Source: Octopus vulgaris (Eukaryota). From it: a stretch of 64,000 nucleotides of DNA. Shown one piece after another: positions 1-13,856 of the stretch. The notes below the pieces were generated by a model that made no database searches, was not told the origin of the DNA, and worked only from the letters and a program-made list of their open reading frames with translations. The stretch spans positions 62,806,001 through 62,870,000 of the forward strand of contig OX597822.1 in assembly GCA_951406725.2 (NCBI GenBank). Direction: 5' to 3'. Each line of letters starts with the position of its first letter. The first letter of the stretch is position 1. A program made the position numbers and the translations under genes.

Positions 1-1807
1 AAATTAGGAATCCAAACAAGTCAGATGAAATTGTTGAAATCGAGAATTTATGTGTAGTCGATCATTCAGATCTAGATATGCTTAAATTTACCTTGCTTTT
101 CTTTGTCCAAACAATGTTTTGCTGAACAATTTTGATAAAACACAAAACTGTTTTATGTGTTGGTATTCTCAGCTGGAAGAATACTAATGTGGTCTTAGAT
201 AAATTGTGTTCCAAAAAATGACGTGATTGCCACATCTAAAATATCTTTGATTCTAAGACCTCTCGATAAAGAAAAATTTGCATTTAAACCACAACCACTA
301 TCTCTAAACGAAAACTAAAACCTCTATCGCATCACTTTATCTGTTAGAAATATCAGCTACATCTGTCTCAAATCAGTCCCTACCATTTTGAAGAAGCATG
401 TATTAGGCAATGTAAATACAGACTATATGAAAGGACAGTCACATGTTGAAGCCCTTCGTTTATATCCCAGTTTCAAAGGAGATGACTTGAGATTAGCAAT
501 AACAAAACTACTACTAAACAGTTTTGTAAAAATTCCTAAATATGGTTTTATTCTGTGGGAATATCGCTATTTGGTCCATGAAAAATACAAGGATGAGACA
601 TTAAATTATCTGCAACGACCTTAGAACTTCTCATATTGGCAGTTGAATGACTTATGCGTGCATCGATAAAGATGGTTTCTCTTTTAGTTATTATGATGCA
701 GGCTTGGACTGGAAACGTTAAGAAGTTATTGTGTTCATTATGGCTGTCTGTGTTTCGTTTATTTCAAAGAAGAATAGATTTCAATAATCAGTTTCCGTTC
801 TAGTTTTTAACGTTATTTTTAATTTATTACAACAATAGAGATATTAAAACTTCATTCTTTAATATAATACTTTTGCTTTTCGACACACTTAGTCAGTCTT
901 CACACAATTTTCACTATGAAAAGCAAATGTTTTTGACGGCATAAAGAAGCCTGCGCGAAAATGGACCAATTGTGTTGAGAAGCAATATCTCTATTGTTAG
1001 ACTTTCATTGTTGTAATAAATTAGAAAAGTTATTAATGAAGAAACCCCTTCCCTTTTTGGAGTAGACGGAAAACGGAGCAGCCAGGTTAATATTGTAACA
1101 ACTTAATTTGTGTTTCAAGAGCAAGTCTGCATCGAAGAAGCTCAAAGTAGACCACGTCTAGAGATGCAGCTCATAGAAAACAGATTATTGAATGTTATTA
1201 TTTTTCGCTGGGGTAACCGGAAGCAGAACGACAATGGTTAGTAATAATAACGGCAATATAACTAACGTATCTAGTCCAAGTGACTTGAAGGACAATAAGA
1301 AAAGTTAGTATGTTTTGTGTATAATCAACGACGTTTTCTTCACCAGTACACAGGTAGCCACGGTTGAAGGTTTAATCCTAAAACGTCAATATTCTTTGCT
1401 CCGTACGACAGAGGTACTCCATTGTATAAGGTTGATTAATTTTGGAGTATACTGACGATCAAGTGATTAAGTGATCAGAATAAAATATACGATGCCGTTG
1501 TAGTTGTTATTGAGAATTAGATCATCTTTGTTCTACGTTTCAGTCGAGACTATATCTCGTCTTTTAATGGCATGTAGTGACTAAAATTTGTTCATCCTTT
1601 AACATACTAGGGTATCATTTCAAAGATATTTGACTGAGACCTCCATTGAGGCTTCTCCATATTTTTATAATATGTAGTTTAGCTCTCATATGAGCCCTGA
1701 TTTAAACTGATCTATTCCCCAAAAGCGCTCCGGTCCTGACCATCCTCTTTATTTAAGAAGAAATGATTAATTCTGGGCTACATTTTCTAGTATATTAAGA
1801 CAATCCC

Positions 1808-2149
1808 AGTCGGGACCTCCTTCGGTCACGACACTGACCATGGGATTGCACCTAGAAAGTTACCCCCCTAGTCACAAGTCTGGACAAAGTGGTTTATAGA
1901 AGACCAGTAGTCGCCCATGCATACCGGCCTCCCCTCTCCACGCCACCAGTGTTATCCAAGGGAAAGGCAGCAGCCGATACAGCTTGGCACCCGTGACGTC
2001 GCAACTCATTTCTACAGCTGAGTTAACTGGAGCAACGTGAAAATATAGTGTCTTGCTCAAGAACACAACACGCATTCCGGTCCGGGATTCGAGCTCACAA
2101 CCTCTCGATCGTAAGCTCGACGCTCTAACCACTGAGGCATGCGCCTTCC
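1808..2149 (-). mobile_element. tRNA-derived SINE (tRNA-Arg-like head)
   Basis: Minus strand reads GGAAGGCGCATGCCTCAGTGGTTAGAGCG (A box) ... GAGCTCGAATCCC (B box), then a SINE central block TTGAGCAAGACACT...TTGCTCCAG...ACTCAGCTGTAGAAATGAG and a unique tail. Confidence 0.8.
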
Positions 2150-2369
2150 ACTTAAATTCTATCTTAAGACAATAAAATAGAATTTACTGTATATGTTGAT
2201 ACTGTTTCTACCATCTCGAGCGTAAACATTGAGTTTGTCTCGTCGACTTGACATTGCGGGATCCACTAAGAAAGATTGAAACAATGATGTTGATCGTGGG
2301 GCAGGTAATAAAGAAGGTAACATATAAAACTGTTTGTATTGTTTCTGTATCATAGGCTGGTGTGAGCCT

Positions 2370-2565
2370 TTGCACGGTAGCTCAGCATGTTAAAAATAAT
2401 AACCAAATCATCCTCACAGCACACTTTATTGTCTTCAAAAGTACTCATTGGATAATACAGTCCTCGATTTCCTGTATATTGGGGAAAAAGGCGGGATGGT
2501 CATGGCTGGAACGCTATTGATCATAGGTTTGCTCAATGAAGACAGACCTAGGGCTGAATAACAAT
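2370..2565. repeat. Old dispersed repeat family, decayed
   Basis: GGGATGGTCATGGCTGGAACGCTATTGATCA recurs in diverged form, in either orientation, near 1720-1746, 52430-52695 (three times) and 54830-54870. Confidence 0.4.
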
Positions 2566-3169
2566 TTTGTACTCAATGTATTTTGGGGTTTTTTTTTCTA
2601 GCTTCCATAAATAAGATGATTATGACAATGATGAAGATGATAAAAAAACAGGTTTGGGGTTAGGATGGGATTAGTGAAAATGATGAAGATATTGAAAAAT
2701 ATGATGTGAAATCGATATATGATGTGATCATATTCATATGTTGATGGCTGTTACAATAACAGTGTTTTATTTTATAACGATTGTAATGATGATGATGATG
2801 AAGATGATGATATAATCATTGAAATCTGCTACTTGAGGCCAACTAAAGGGTGGTGGTGATGGCGATGGTGGAAGTGGTGGTGGTGGTGGTGGTGATGAAG
2901 AATTGCTACTATTAATACATTATGTTTGTTTGGGGATTTTCTTTTTAAATTTTCCTCAATATTATGGCGATAATGAAGATAATAAGAATGATTTCTAGCA
3001 TGACCATATGGCTGCAAATGACGGGAGTTGGGATTGGAGAAGGAGAGGTTGGACCTGATTAAATCCGAAACAATAAAAGCAAAGCTAACTCCGGCGGGAT
3101 TTCAACATTGAACACAAGGCAAGATAACTGGCAAAACTTTTTGCCTGCCATTATCAAGTGCGGAATAAG

Positions 3170-3600
3170 CAGCGAGCTGGCAGAATTGTTAGAGCGTCAG
3201 ATAAAATGTTTAGTTGCATTTAGTCGTACGTATTGCGTTTCTATATTCAAGTCCCGCCGAGATTAACTTTGTCTTTCATCCTTTCGGGGTTTGATAAAAT
3301 AAGTACCAGTCAACTATTGGGATCGATGAGATCTACTTGCCGTCTCCATTCGATATTGCTGCCTTCTCCCAAAATTAGAATGAATTACCGGAGGGTTGAA
3401 GATTGGCAGAAACTTCAGAGCGTTAGACAGAACGCCTTAAGTATTTAGTTTCTGTGCAATACGTTCCAGTCAACGTTGACTTTACCTTTCATCTTTTTCG
3501 GGTTGATAAAATAAAGTACAATCAAATACTGAGGCCAATGCTAGCGACTATATCCCTCCGCACAAATTTCTGGGTCCGTACCTATGTCACAAGCGATAAT
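3170..3600 (+). mobile_element. Two diverged tandem copies of SINE family B
   Basis: GCGAGCTGGCAGAATTGTTAG head and CTTTCATCCTTTCGGGGTTTGATAAAATAAGTACCAG block; a second degenerate copy starts near 3400. Confidence 0.7.
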
Positions 3601-3612
3601 GATAATTAGCAG

Positions 3613-3793
3613 TAGGCGTAGGAGTGGTTGTGTGGTAAGTAGCTTGCTTACGAGTTCAGTCCCACTGTGTGGTACCTTGGGCAAGTGTCTTCTACTATAG
3701 CCTCGGGACTACCAAAGCCTTGTGAGTGGATTTGGTAGACGGAAACTGAAAAAAGCCCGTCGTATATACACACACACACACACACATACATGC

Positions 3794-3873
<80 letters not shown>

Positions 3874-4082
3874 GTGTATCTGTTTGTGTGTCTGTGTTTG
3901 TCCCCCCAACATCGCTTGACAACCGATGCTGGTGTGTTTAGGTCCCCGTAACATAGCGGTTCGGCAAAAGAGACTGATAGAATAAGTACTAGGCTTACAA
4001 AGAATAAGTCCTGGGGTCGATTTGCTCGACTAAAGTCAGTCCTCCAGCATAGCCACAGTCAAATGACTGAAACAAGTAAAAG
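3613..4082 (+). mobile_element. SINE family A with internal microsatellite
   Basis: tRNA-like head GGCGTAGGAGTGGTTGTGTGGTAAG...GTTCAGTCCC, CORE-like CCTTGGGCAAGTGTCTT, internal (AC)(AT)(GT)n, 3' half ending GACTGAAACAAGTAAAAG; eight or more copies in the window. Confidence 0.85.
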
Positions 4083-4815
4083 GGAAAAGAGAGAGAGAGA
4101 GTACTTGTAGAAATTCCACGGCACATTTTGTATCAGATATAAGAATCTCCCCACTCGGCAATAATATCCTGTCATTTCCTTCACAATCCTTTGATTAACT
4201 TCAAAGAAAACATGTCTATTCTCTTCGCTCATATTTTCTCTTCTACTGTGTTTTTTTATTCTGGCTTGTGTAAAAAAAATTTGCCGTTATCATTTGTATT
4301 TCACCTTTTTTCTTGATTAACAATTATCATTTTCCCCGCATTAGTTTCAATTTAATCGTTTGTCATACAACTCCTTTTATTCTTTCTTCCATTATTTCTT
4401 CCATTAATAATCTTCGTCGTTTCTAATCATCATCTGTTCATTCCGAATTCTTATTTCTTTTCTTTACTCTTTCCTCCATCTTCCGCTGTTTCTTCTCTGC
4501 CTCTCTTGATTGAATTCTCGTTGTCGTGATCTATTCTCATTGTCTACCGTAACACACGAAACTCCGATACGGTAATGAAATAATCTAAGAAGCAATTGAT
4601 ATCATATAAATGGCATGCATCCACCCATACACATACGAACTCTATAGGCGGGCGTACATGTACACAGCCCACTCTCATACAGCTAAATGTCGTCTGTGTG
4701 TATGTGTGCGCAATAATAGCGTTCGTTTCTGTGTAAATGTATGTATGTATGTATGCATGCATGTGTGCATGAACCAGTAGAGTTCGTTTCAATATTACTC
4801 TCTCTCTCTCTCTCA

Positions 4816-4858
<43 letters not shown>

Positions 4859-5169
4859 GCACACTCATTTTTACCATCTCCTTTCCACAGCGTGACAGAT
4901 TCTTTACACTACAGGAATATATCGCTAACACTTGAATATAATACATTATTGTTGTTCGTAGCTATAACGTTTACACGTTTGGTAGATTAGATGGTTTAGT
5001 TAATATAATCAACTCTAATATTTGACCTGTACTTATTTTATGAATCTCGGAAATATGAAAGTGCAAAATCAAGTGTGCTAACCATGCAGAACGTAGAAAT
5101 GGGACGTAACAACACAGTGCATGATGATATTTCGTCCATTGTTCACATGATACAGGTATCAATCTTTTT

Positions 5170-5687
5170 GATGATGACGATGAGGAGGAGGAAGAGTAGG
5201 AGGGGCGGGAGGTGGAGGAGGTTTGGAATGGTATGATGTTCATTTTGATGGTGAATATGTCGACGAGGACGACGGTGGTGGCAACAGTGCTGGTTGTGTT
5301 GGTAGTGGCGGTGGTACTGCTGCTGATGATGATGAGGAGGAGGAGGAGGAAGAGGAAGAGTAGAAGGAGGAGGAAGACATGGTTATGATGATGTTTAGGG
5401 TGTTGTCGGTACAAGTGATGTTGAAGGTAGTGATGATATTAACGTTAACGATCATGACGTAATCATGATGATGATGATGGCAATGTTGTGGTCGTAGTGG
5501 TGAAGGGAGTTGCAATGACTGTGATAATGTTAACGTTAGAGATGATGATAATGGCGGTGACGGTGGTGGCAGTGGCGGTGGTGGTGGTGGTGGTGGTAGC
5601 AGTGTTGGTGGTCGTTGTGGTGGTGGTGGTTGTAGTGATGATGTTCTTGGTAGGGGTGGAGATGATTATAGTAGTAGTAGCAGGGGG

Positions 5688-5734
<47 letters not shown>

Positions 5735-5750
5735 GTGGTGGTGATGATAG
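5170..5750. repeat. Compound trinucleotide low-complexity tract (GAT/GAG/GTG/GCT)
   Basis: Directly visible; explains the poly-V/A/S/H ORFs. Confidence 0.85.
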
Positions 5751-6370
5751 TAGTTTTAGCTAAAGTGGTGATTACCGTTACTATATCGAAGAGGATCGAT
5801 GACAGAAAAAAGAAATATTATTCATTATCAAGCTAGACATCAATATCAACTTTATCAATGATCAGTGTTCCGCGACTACTAGTGTCTGAACCACCTCCAG
5901 TGTGTTTTGCTTTTCTCTGTCAAGCGTATCAGCATTATTGTCTGTATATATTTTAGATAATTAAAAATGGTTTAGAAACGAACGTAATATACGAAATAAT
6001 TTGAGGAACAGAATCAGCAATAATCCCCATACTTTGAATAAGTCTGCGATATCAAAAGAACTTTGCTATATCAGAAGTTTATAGTATCTGCTCCAAATTG
6101 TTTTTCAACATGGCTGTCGCGAAGCGTTTCACTTCACACAATTTACCATTTCTGACAATTCACTTCATTTGCCATAATATCAGTGTTAATAATTATTTTC
6201 TAATACCGACACGAAGCCACGCCCTTTGGAGAGATGGAAGCTCTTTGGTTCTAATATTGACTTGCTCTTGCAAGTTTTGCTGACTCCATCAAAGGTATGG
6301 ATACGATTGTATATAAATATGTGTGTGTGTGTGTGTGTGTGTTCGTGTGTGTACATACATGCATAAATAC

Positions 6371-6688
<318 letters not shown>

Positions 6689-7777
6689 GCGTATAGGCAT
6701 GCACGCATGCATGCGCATCTAATGCGCTGTCCTGAATTTTTCCAAGTGTAAAACTTGCCCTGTAATGTTCCAGGTTTATAATCTTAAGAATATTATTTCT
6801 CTTGCCCGCGTGTTTCCATGTTTTTATTCCAGGCTATGCTATTATGCTAATTATGCTAATTAATAATGTGTCAATTACGGGTGTCGTTGATATATTTTTC
6901 CTTACTCAATGACGTCGGTGACATGTATTAAAAGTCCCCCTATAGAACTATATTCACAAAATGTATAGAACTATATTATTACCCTCAAATTTGAGAAACA
7001 AACACCCATAACATTTTCTTTTAAACTTCATTGCATGAAAATGATACCATGATATTCTTTGAATTGAGCTCTATCATTTAAGCTTAATTAAAATATAATT
7101 TGTTTTTAAAATGAAAAAGTTAATTATACTTAAATCCAATTTTTTGCCTTGCTTATATTTTTTTCATTCTATTTTACCTCACAACTTTTTTGATGCAAAT
7201 TTTTGTTGCATGAAAACAAAAATTCTTTATGCTTTCTCCTATCATTGAAGCTAAGATAAATATAGTTTGCTTTTAAAATAAAAAAAAACGTTATTTAGAT
7301 CTAAACTTCATTGGTAGCGTTACTTACTCCCCTATAACGTTGCTACAAACTTTGATCAAATCTGAATTTTTAATGTCAAAATGTAGCTAGGGACCACTCC
7401 TCGTCAAAAATGTTAACAGTTTTCAATTTGGTTAAGAACTGAATTAGTAACAAGCTTTGAAAAGTGCTGCGTGTGAGTAAATTGCGGCCTTAATATTATT
7501 CAACTACTACCGTAATTGAATGATATATACTTTGTCTCGCCATATCTATCATATTTTTTAATACAGTGTCTTGTTTTTTCTTTTCGTTTTAGGTAAGTGT
7601 CTATTCCAATTGCACTGGATGTATATATCACCTCCGTCACAAGTTCAATTCCTGCATTCCTGTTCCAACTGGTGATGTACATACAAACTATTTCAGATTT
7701 TGGGTAATGGATTTACATTTATCAATAGCCTTCCCATTTTTCTAATTATACACGCCCCCCACCACACACACACATGC

Positions 7778-7862
<85 letters not shown>

Positions 7863-8139
7863 ATATGGGCACCAAGTAGTGATGATGAATTAACGAACTT
7901 TAGGTTAGTTAAATATGTTTGTGACACATTTCAACTTCTGAAGGCAAATCAACTGCTGTTACCATGGAGAAAAATCCTCTCTTATAATAAAATGTGTAAA
8001 AGCAACACATCTGCCCAATGTTTTCCTCTAGCGGATTCCCACAGGCGTTTCTGACTCTTTAGTCTCCCTGAATCGGAAATGCCGAAGAGAGATAATCCTG
8101 AGCTGATTCAAAGCGATAGCTTAGATATATATATATAAT

Positions 8140-8439
<300 letters not shown>

Positions 8440-9087
8440 CAGACTTCATTCACGCAGCTTCAGTCGTCCCGGATGTAGTGGAAGACACCTGTTCAAGATG
8501 CTGTTCTTTGGGACTGAACACAAAACCACGTACCTGGGAAACGAGTATTATCCTAACCCACTGGATCGGATATATTCATTTCGGCTTTGTTCTTTTCTTA
8601 ATAACGCACTGAATTTGATATAGTCCCCGTTCATTAATCCAAGGGTTTCTGAACCGAATTCCTTTGCTATTTTCCTGATTTCCTTGTTAGTGATCTCATT
8701 TGATCAATCTATCCTTTTTCACACTGAGTCAGACGTCTTTTTCGACTCCGAACATATTACTGATCTTACAGATATTATGTTTTACAGTTAAAGATGTGGT
8801 GGTATGTATCTCGGTGTCTTGTATAGGTGGTTGAGATAGATCTTTCCAGTGTTGTGCCCATTCCAAGGCCCTAGGTAGTAGATGGTCGCGACCGTTGATT
8901 CACATACAATATGCACTTCACCATTTAGTTAAAAACTTTTCCGTTCATTATTTCATATATAACCGACATTAAATTTCTCCTTCCAACAGCCGACGAACTG
9001 AAGTACCAGTAAATTATTAACTTCAATATAATCTACCTACTCCACGCTCAACATATATTAGCTATATGACTATTGATCTTTATTACT

Positions 9088-9295
9088 AAGCTGGCAGAAT
9101 CGTTAGAGCATCGTAAGAGAATGTCTGACGGTATTGCTTCCGTCTTATCATTATATGAATTCAAATCCCGGCGACGCCAACTTAACCTTTCATCGTTTTT
9201 GGTAGTCATAAAATTGAGTACTAGTCACTACTGAGGTCGCTGGTATCTAGAAATACCTTCAAAGTTTCTGTGCCTGAACAGGAATCATCATCATC

Positions 9296-9372
<77 letters not shown>

Positions 9373-9662
9373 GGCAACCAGCTGGCAGAATCGTTAGCAG
9401 TGGGGAGCGATGTGATCGACTTGCGCCTACCCCACAAATTTCAGGCTTTGTGCCTATAGTAGAAAGGATTATTACTATTGTTATTAAGGCACCGAGCTGG
9501 CAGAATCGTTAGCACGTCGGGTGAAATGCTTAGCGGCATTTCGTCTGTCTTTACGTTCTGAGTTCAAATTCCGTCGAGGTCGACTTTGCCTTTCATCCTT
9601 TCGGAGTTGTTTGAATAAGTACCAGTTACGCACTGGGGTCGATGTAATCGACTTAATCCCTT
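9088..9662 (+). mobile_element. Cluster of SINE family B copies around a (TTA)n tract
   Basis: AGCTGGCAGAATCGTTAG heads at about 9090, 9380 and 9496; (TTA)n at 9298-9371. Confidence 0.8.
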
Positions 9663-9676
9663 CATAATTATAATTA

Positions 9677-9725
<49 letters not shown>

Positions 9726-9727
<2 letters not shown>

Positions 9728-9888
9728 CGGGCTTCTTTTCAGTTTCCGTCTACCAAATCCACTCACAAGGCTTTGGTCGGCCCGAGGCTATTTAGAAGAC
9801 ACTTGCCCAAGCTGTCACGCAGTGGGACTGAACCCGGAACTATGTGGTTGGGAAGCAAGCTACTTACCACACAGCCACTCCTGCGCCT
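9726..9888 (-). mobile_element. SINE family A, 5' half
   Basis: Reverse complement of the family A head and CORE-like block, ending at the (AT)n tract. Confidence 0.85.
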
Positions 9889-10059
9889 GTTTCCTGGTAG
9901 CAAATCAGCATGCAACAAATATGCTTCTTTGCCTCAATGGCAGTAATATTCCACTTGTGCTCCGTTCTTCGTTCTGTTTCAATAAAAAAAAATGTCCCAT
10001 AACAACTTTTAAACTATTTCTGCGAAAATATCTTAGCTCTTTTCAGTTCGTGCAAAACT

Positions 10060-11100
10060 GAATCTCTTTAGAAAAAAATTCAGTAATTAATGCAGGAAAT
10101 TTATTGTGCATACGTTTTTGTATTCATTATGAGCTGTGAGTTTTCTTATGAAATAGGAGATATTGTCTCGTGTGTATCGCAGCAAATTCTAAAACTGCTT
10201 GAACAGTCTAGTTTAACTATTATTTCCTTGAGCTAATTTACTATTAGAACCTGTTCCAGTTCTACTAAAATCATTCTCTCGATTACTTTCTTCAATACAC
10301 CATTCTTTAACTATAGCCAGCTGTTCTTGGTATTTCTTATCTCCTGTGGCTTTTTTTCATTTTTCATTTTTCTTTTTTTTTTTTTTTGAAAAAGAAAACA
10401 CTTAATATTTCTTTACATAAAAGTTTGTTTTTTTCCCAATACTTTTAAAAATATTCTTTCCTGTTTATACTCTAATAACTCTGTAAATAATCCTTCACTT
10501 ATTTATTTCCTCAGAAGAACTTCTTTGTCTTCTAGATGGAATACCATCTTTGCTTTCTCTAGTTTTACTCCTTCCCCTTCACTTCATAGACTTTTTTTCC
10601 TTCTTTAGTTCTTTCCCAACATAAGCGATTCCCATCTGATTATAGATGCATACGTCCGTACATTATGAGCTGCTTCTTCGACTTCCTGTCGATATCCTTC
10701 AAATCTTCCTTTCTCCACTCAGTTATTCCTTCTACCTACTTTATCAATGATGCTGCCTTAAGCTGATTACCTTTGTGATATTTCGCGCAACCAATTTAGA
10801 TTTTCGAGCCTTATTTCCATGAAATTATTCTTTACGAAGACTTTCTTCATTTGTATACTTTTAATTTTATCACATTCCATATACTAATATTCTTCTTCTA
10901 CATTTAAAGGTTTGTTATTATCATCATTATCACTATTGGGTAAATCTATTCCAACAAATTTTATGATTTTTCCACGCCCTGCCTCCATCAAACATCTTCC
11001 TATTTACAAAATATCTTCCCAAATGCCAAATATCTTCCCAAAATTATTGCTTCATTGTGTTGGCGGTTTGTACCAAAATATTCAGTGAATTCTATCCAAA
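10060..11100 (-). pseudogene. Highly decayed R4/Dong-type LINE
   Basis: Manual minus-strand translation gives GITEWRKEDLKDIDRKSKKQLIMYGRMH and RICCDTHETIS, matching the NW..ELQRLDRKTRKLLT...MHHPK and CRFC..ETIDH segments of the copy at 22082-24814. Confidence 0.6.
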
Positions 11101-11167
11101 GCATTAAATCGCACATAAAAAAAGAAATTATTCACTTTTCCTATATTCTGTAGTTGTTGTTGTTTAA

Positions 11168-11330
11168 GGCTGCGAGTTCTATGTTCTGAGTTCAAATTTC
11201 ACCGGGGTCGACTTTAACTTTCATCGGGGTCGATAAAATAAGTACAAGCTGAACACTGGGGTCGATTTAATTGACTTAGCAACTACCCCAAACCTGCTGG
11301 CCTTGTGGCAAAATTGAAAACCATTATTAT
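11168..11330 (+). mobile_element. SINE family B, internally deleted
   Basis: GTTCTGAGTTCAAATT...GGGGTCGATAAAATAAGTAC...CTGGGGTCGAT. Confidence 0.7.
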
Positions 11331-11916
11331 CATTGTTGGTGTTGTCTATATTATTGATGATAACGATGACATTGAAGAGGAAGGCGAGAAGGAAGAAATA
11401 TCAATTTATACAGAAATTTATTTTCCCATCACAAGATCTATTAGAATATGTTGATGTCTTTGTCTTCGCTGATTCCTTGTCATATATTATTTTTATTTCT
11501 TTTATTAAGTGTTTCGTATTTCGCTGATTCATCTTACTTTTCGTTTCATTTTTTATGACCCTTGGTATTTTTTTATCCAAAACACACAGACACAAACACC
11601 AATACGCACACACACGCATGTTAGATTTCTTTTTTCAATTACATCTCTTTTAACGTCCGATTTATATATATATATATATATATATTGTGGTGGTGGTGTT
11701 CTTATATTCTGCATTTATATTTTATTCTCAACAATTTTTCGATTATTTTTTTTCCGCAAAACACAGAAAAATCATTATTGGTTTCTAGTTTTGGAAGCAG
11801 AGGGCTATTAATTTGTTAGATAGAAAATGAAGACTGAGTGATTCTCAAGTGTATTGTAACGAAAGTGAAGTGATTTCCAAGAGAATCACAGCTAATCGCA
11901 ATAACAACAACAAATG

Positions 11917-11957
<41 letters not shown>

Positions 11958-11970
11958 TGTTATCATTATT

Positions 11971-12017
<47 letters not shown>

Positions 12018-12660
12018 GATGGCAAGCTGGTAGAATTGCTAGCATGCTGAACAAATTACTTAGCGGTATTTTGCACGTGGCTACGTTCTGAGTTTAAATT
12101 CCGCTGAGTTCGACTTTACCTTTCATCTTTTTCAGGTCGATAAATTAAGTAACAGTTGAGTACAGGGGTTGATTCAAGCGACTATCCCCCTTCCCCAAAT
12201 TTCAGGCCTTGTGCCAATAATATAAACGATAGCTGGTACTAAGGCGGCGAGCTGGCAGAAACGTTAGCACGTCGGGCGAAATGCGTAGCCGTATTTCGTC
12301 TGCCGTTACGCTATGAGTTCAAATTCCGCCGAGGTCGACTTTGCCTTTCATCCTTTCGGGGTCGATAAATTAAGTACCAGTTACGCACTGGGGTCGATGT
12401 AATCGACTTAATACCTATGTCTGTCCTTGTTTGTCCCCTCTATGTTTAGCCCCTTGTGGGTAGTAAAGAAATAGATATTTCGTCTGTCTTTACGTTCTGA
12501 GTTCAAATTCCGCCGAGGTCGACATTGCTTTTCTTCCCCTCAGGATCGATTAAATAAGTACCAGTTACGCACTAGGGTCGATGTAATCGACTGAATCCGT
12601 TTGTCTGTCCTTGTTATCCCCTCTATGTTTAGCCCCCATGTGGGCGATAAAGAAATAAAT
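12018..12660 (+). mobile_element. Three head-to-tail copies of SINE family B
   Basis: Short-tail copy at 12018-12230, long-tail copy at 12243-12473 and headless long-tail copy at 12474-12660; preceded by (TTA)n. Confidence 0.9.
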
Positions 12661-12671
12661 CTATATTATTA

Positions 12672-13193
12672 TTTATTGTCTTTGCATAGCTTTTAAGGCT
12701 GGAGATGTACTACGGTGCCAGTTGTTTACTACCAGTGAACTAAGGTAACACCCTTTATTTTTCGAGCACCATCCGGAGTATTCGAGCAATTACAAGCAGT
12801 ATTGTTTTCTGCAAGTGCTCCACCCTTATTGCACCCCTTATTTGTTCCATGTTCTTCTCAAGATTTTTACTCACTGTTCCTAGGACTCCGACAATTATTG
12901 GTACTGCTACCACCTTTTTCAGCGACCACAACTGCTTTATCTCCCAAGCTAACATGTCGTATCTATAGGCCTTTCTTTCTTTCTTTTCGCATACTTTGTT
13001 GTCAGCTGGATACGATATATCTAAGATCCAGCATCGTTTGCTTCCTTTCTCAATTAACACTATGTCTGGTTTCCTATTTTCTATCTCATGGTCGCACTGA
13101 ATCATAAAATCCCATAGGATATTTGCATTTTCATTTTCAATTATGCCTTCGGGTTTATGTTCTTATCACTTTCTGGCTCTGCCAAGTCCATAC

Positions 13194-13196
<3 letters not shown>
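12672..13196 (-). mobile_element. R4/Dong-type LINE 3' fragment (REL endonuclease)
   Basis: ORF 12755-13105 contains RKPDIVLIEK...ILDIS...VPIIVGVLG (PD-D/E motif); (TAA)n lies upstream on the sense strand. Confidence 0.85.
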
Positions 13197-13260
<64 letters not shown>

Positions 13261-13271
13261 TACTATTATTA

Positions 13272-13487
13272 AGGTGGCGTTCTGTCAATATCGTTAGCAG
13301 GCTGGGCTGGAATGCTTAGCGGTGTTTCGCCCGTCGCTACGTTCTGAGTTCAAATTCCACCGAAGTCGACTTTACTTACCATCCGTTCGGAGTCGATAAA
13401 ATTAGTACCAGTTACGCACTGGGGTTGATGTAATCGACTTAATCCTTTCCCCAAAAAATTTGAGGCTTTATGCTTCCAGTAGAAAGG

Positions 13488-13490
<3 letters not shown>
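13272..13490 (+). mobile_element. SINE family B, short tail
   Basis: Head and central block present; (TTA)n on both sides. Confidence 0.85.
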
Positions 13491-13568
<78 letters not shown>

Positions 13569-13677
13569 TTATTTTTATAAAAACAACATCAACAATAATA
13601 ACATTAATAAGAAAAGAACAACACAGCATCATCGCCAAGATGATTAATAATAATAATAATGATAATAATAATAATAA

Positions 13678-13796
13678 TTTCTTTTATTAGCCACAGAGAC
13701 ATAGATGAGGGGTACATCACAAGGACAGAAAACAATTTGTGCAGGGATTTACATAAAGGATGGAGGGAAAGAGGGGGAAAAAAACAAGGAAATGCG

Positions 13797-13797
<1 letters not shown>
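13678..13797 (-). mobile_element. Probable 3'-UTR-only fragment of a Tx1-type LINE
   Basis: Minus strand ends TCTGTCCTTGTGATGTACCCCTCATCTATGTCTCTGTGGCTAATAAAAGAAATT then (ATT)n, resembling both the Tx1 3' end at 61201 and the SINE B long tail. Confidence 0.5.
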
Positions 13798-13855
<58 letters not shown>

Positions 13856-13856
13856 T

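Noticed and set aside
1115-1310. Possible exon (MLLFFAGVTGSRTTMVSNNNGNITNVSS...)
   Set aside because: Weak splice signals, no homology recognised, and its phase does not fit the 4891 candidate.
8700-8940. Possible decayed Penelope GIY-YIG on the minus strand; likewise a possible LINE ORF1 relic at 28270-28560
   Set aside because: Only a few residues resemble the motifs, which is too little to support a call.
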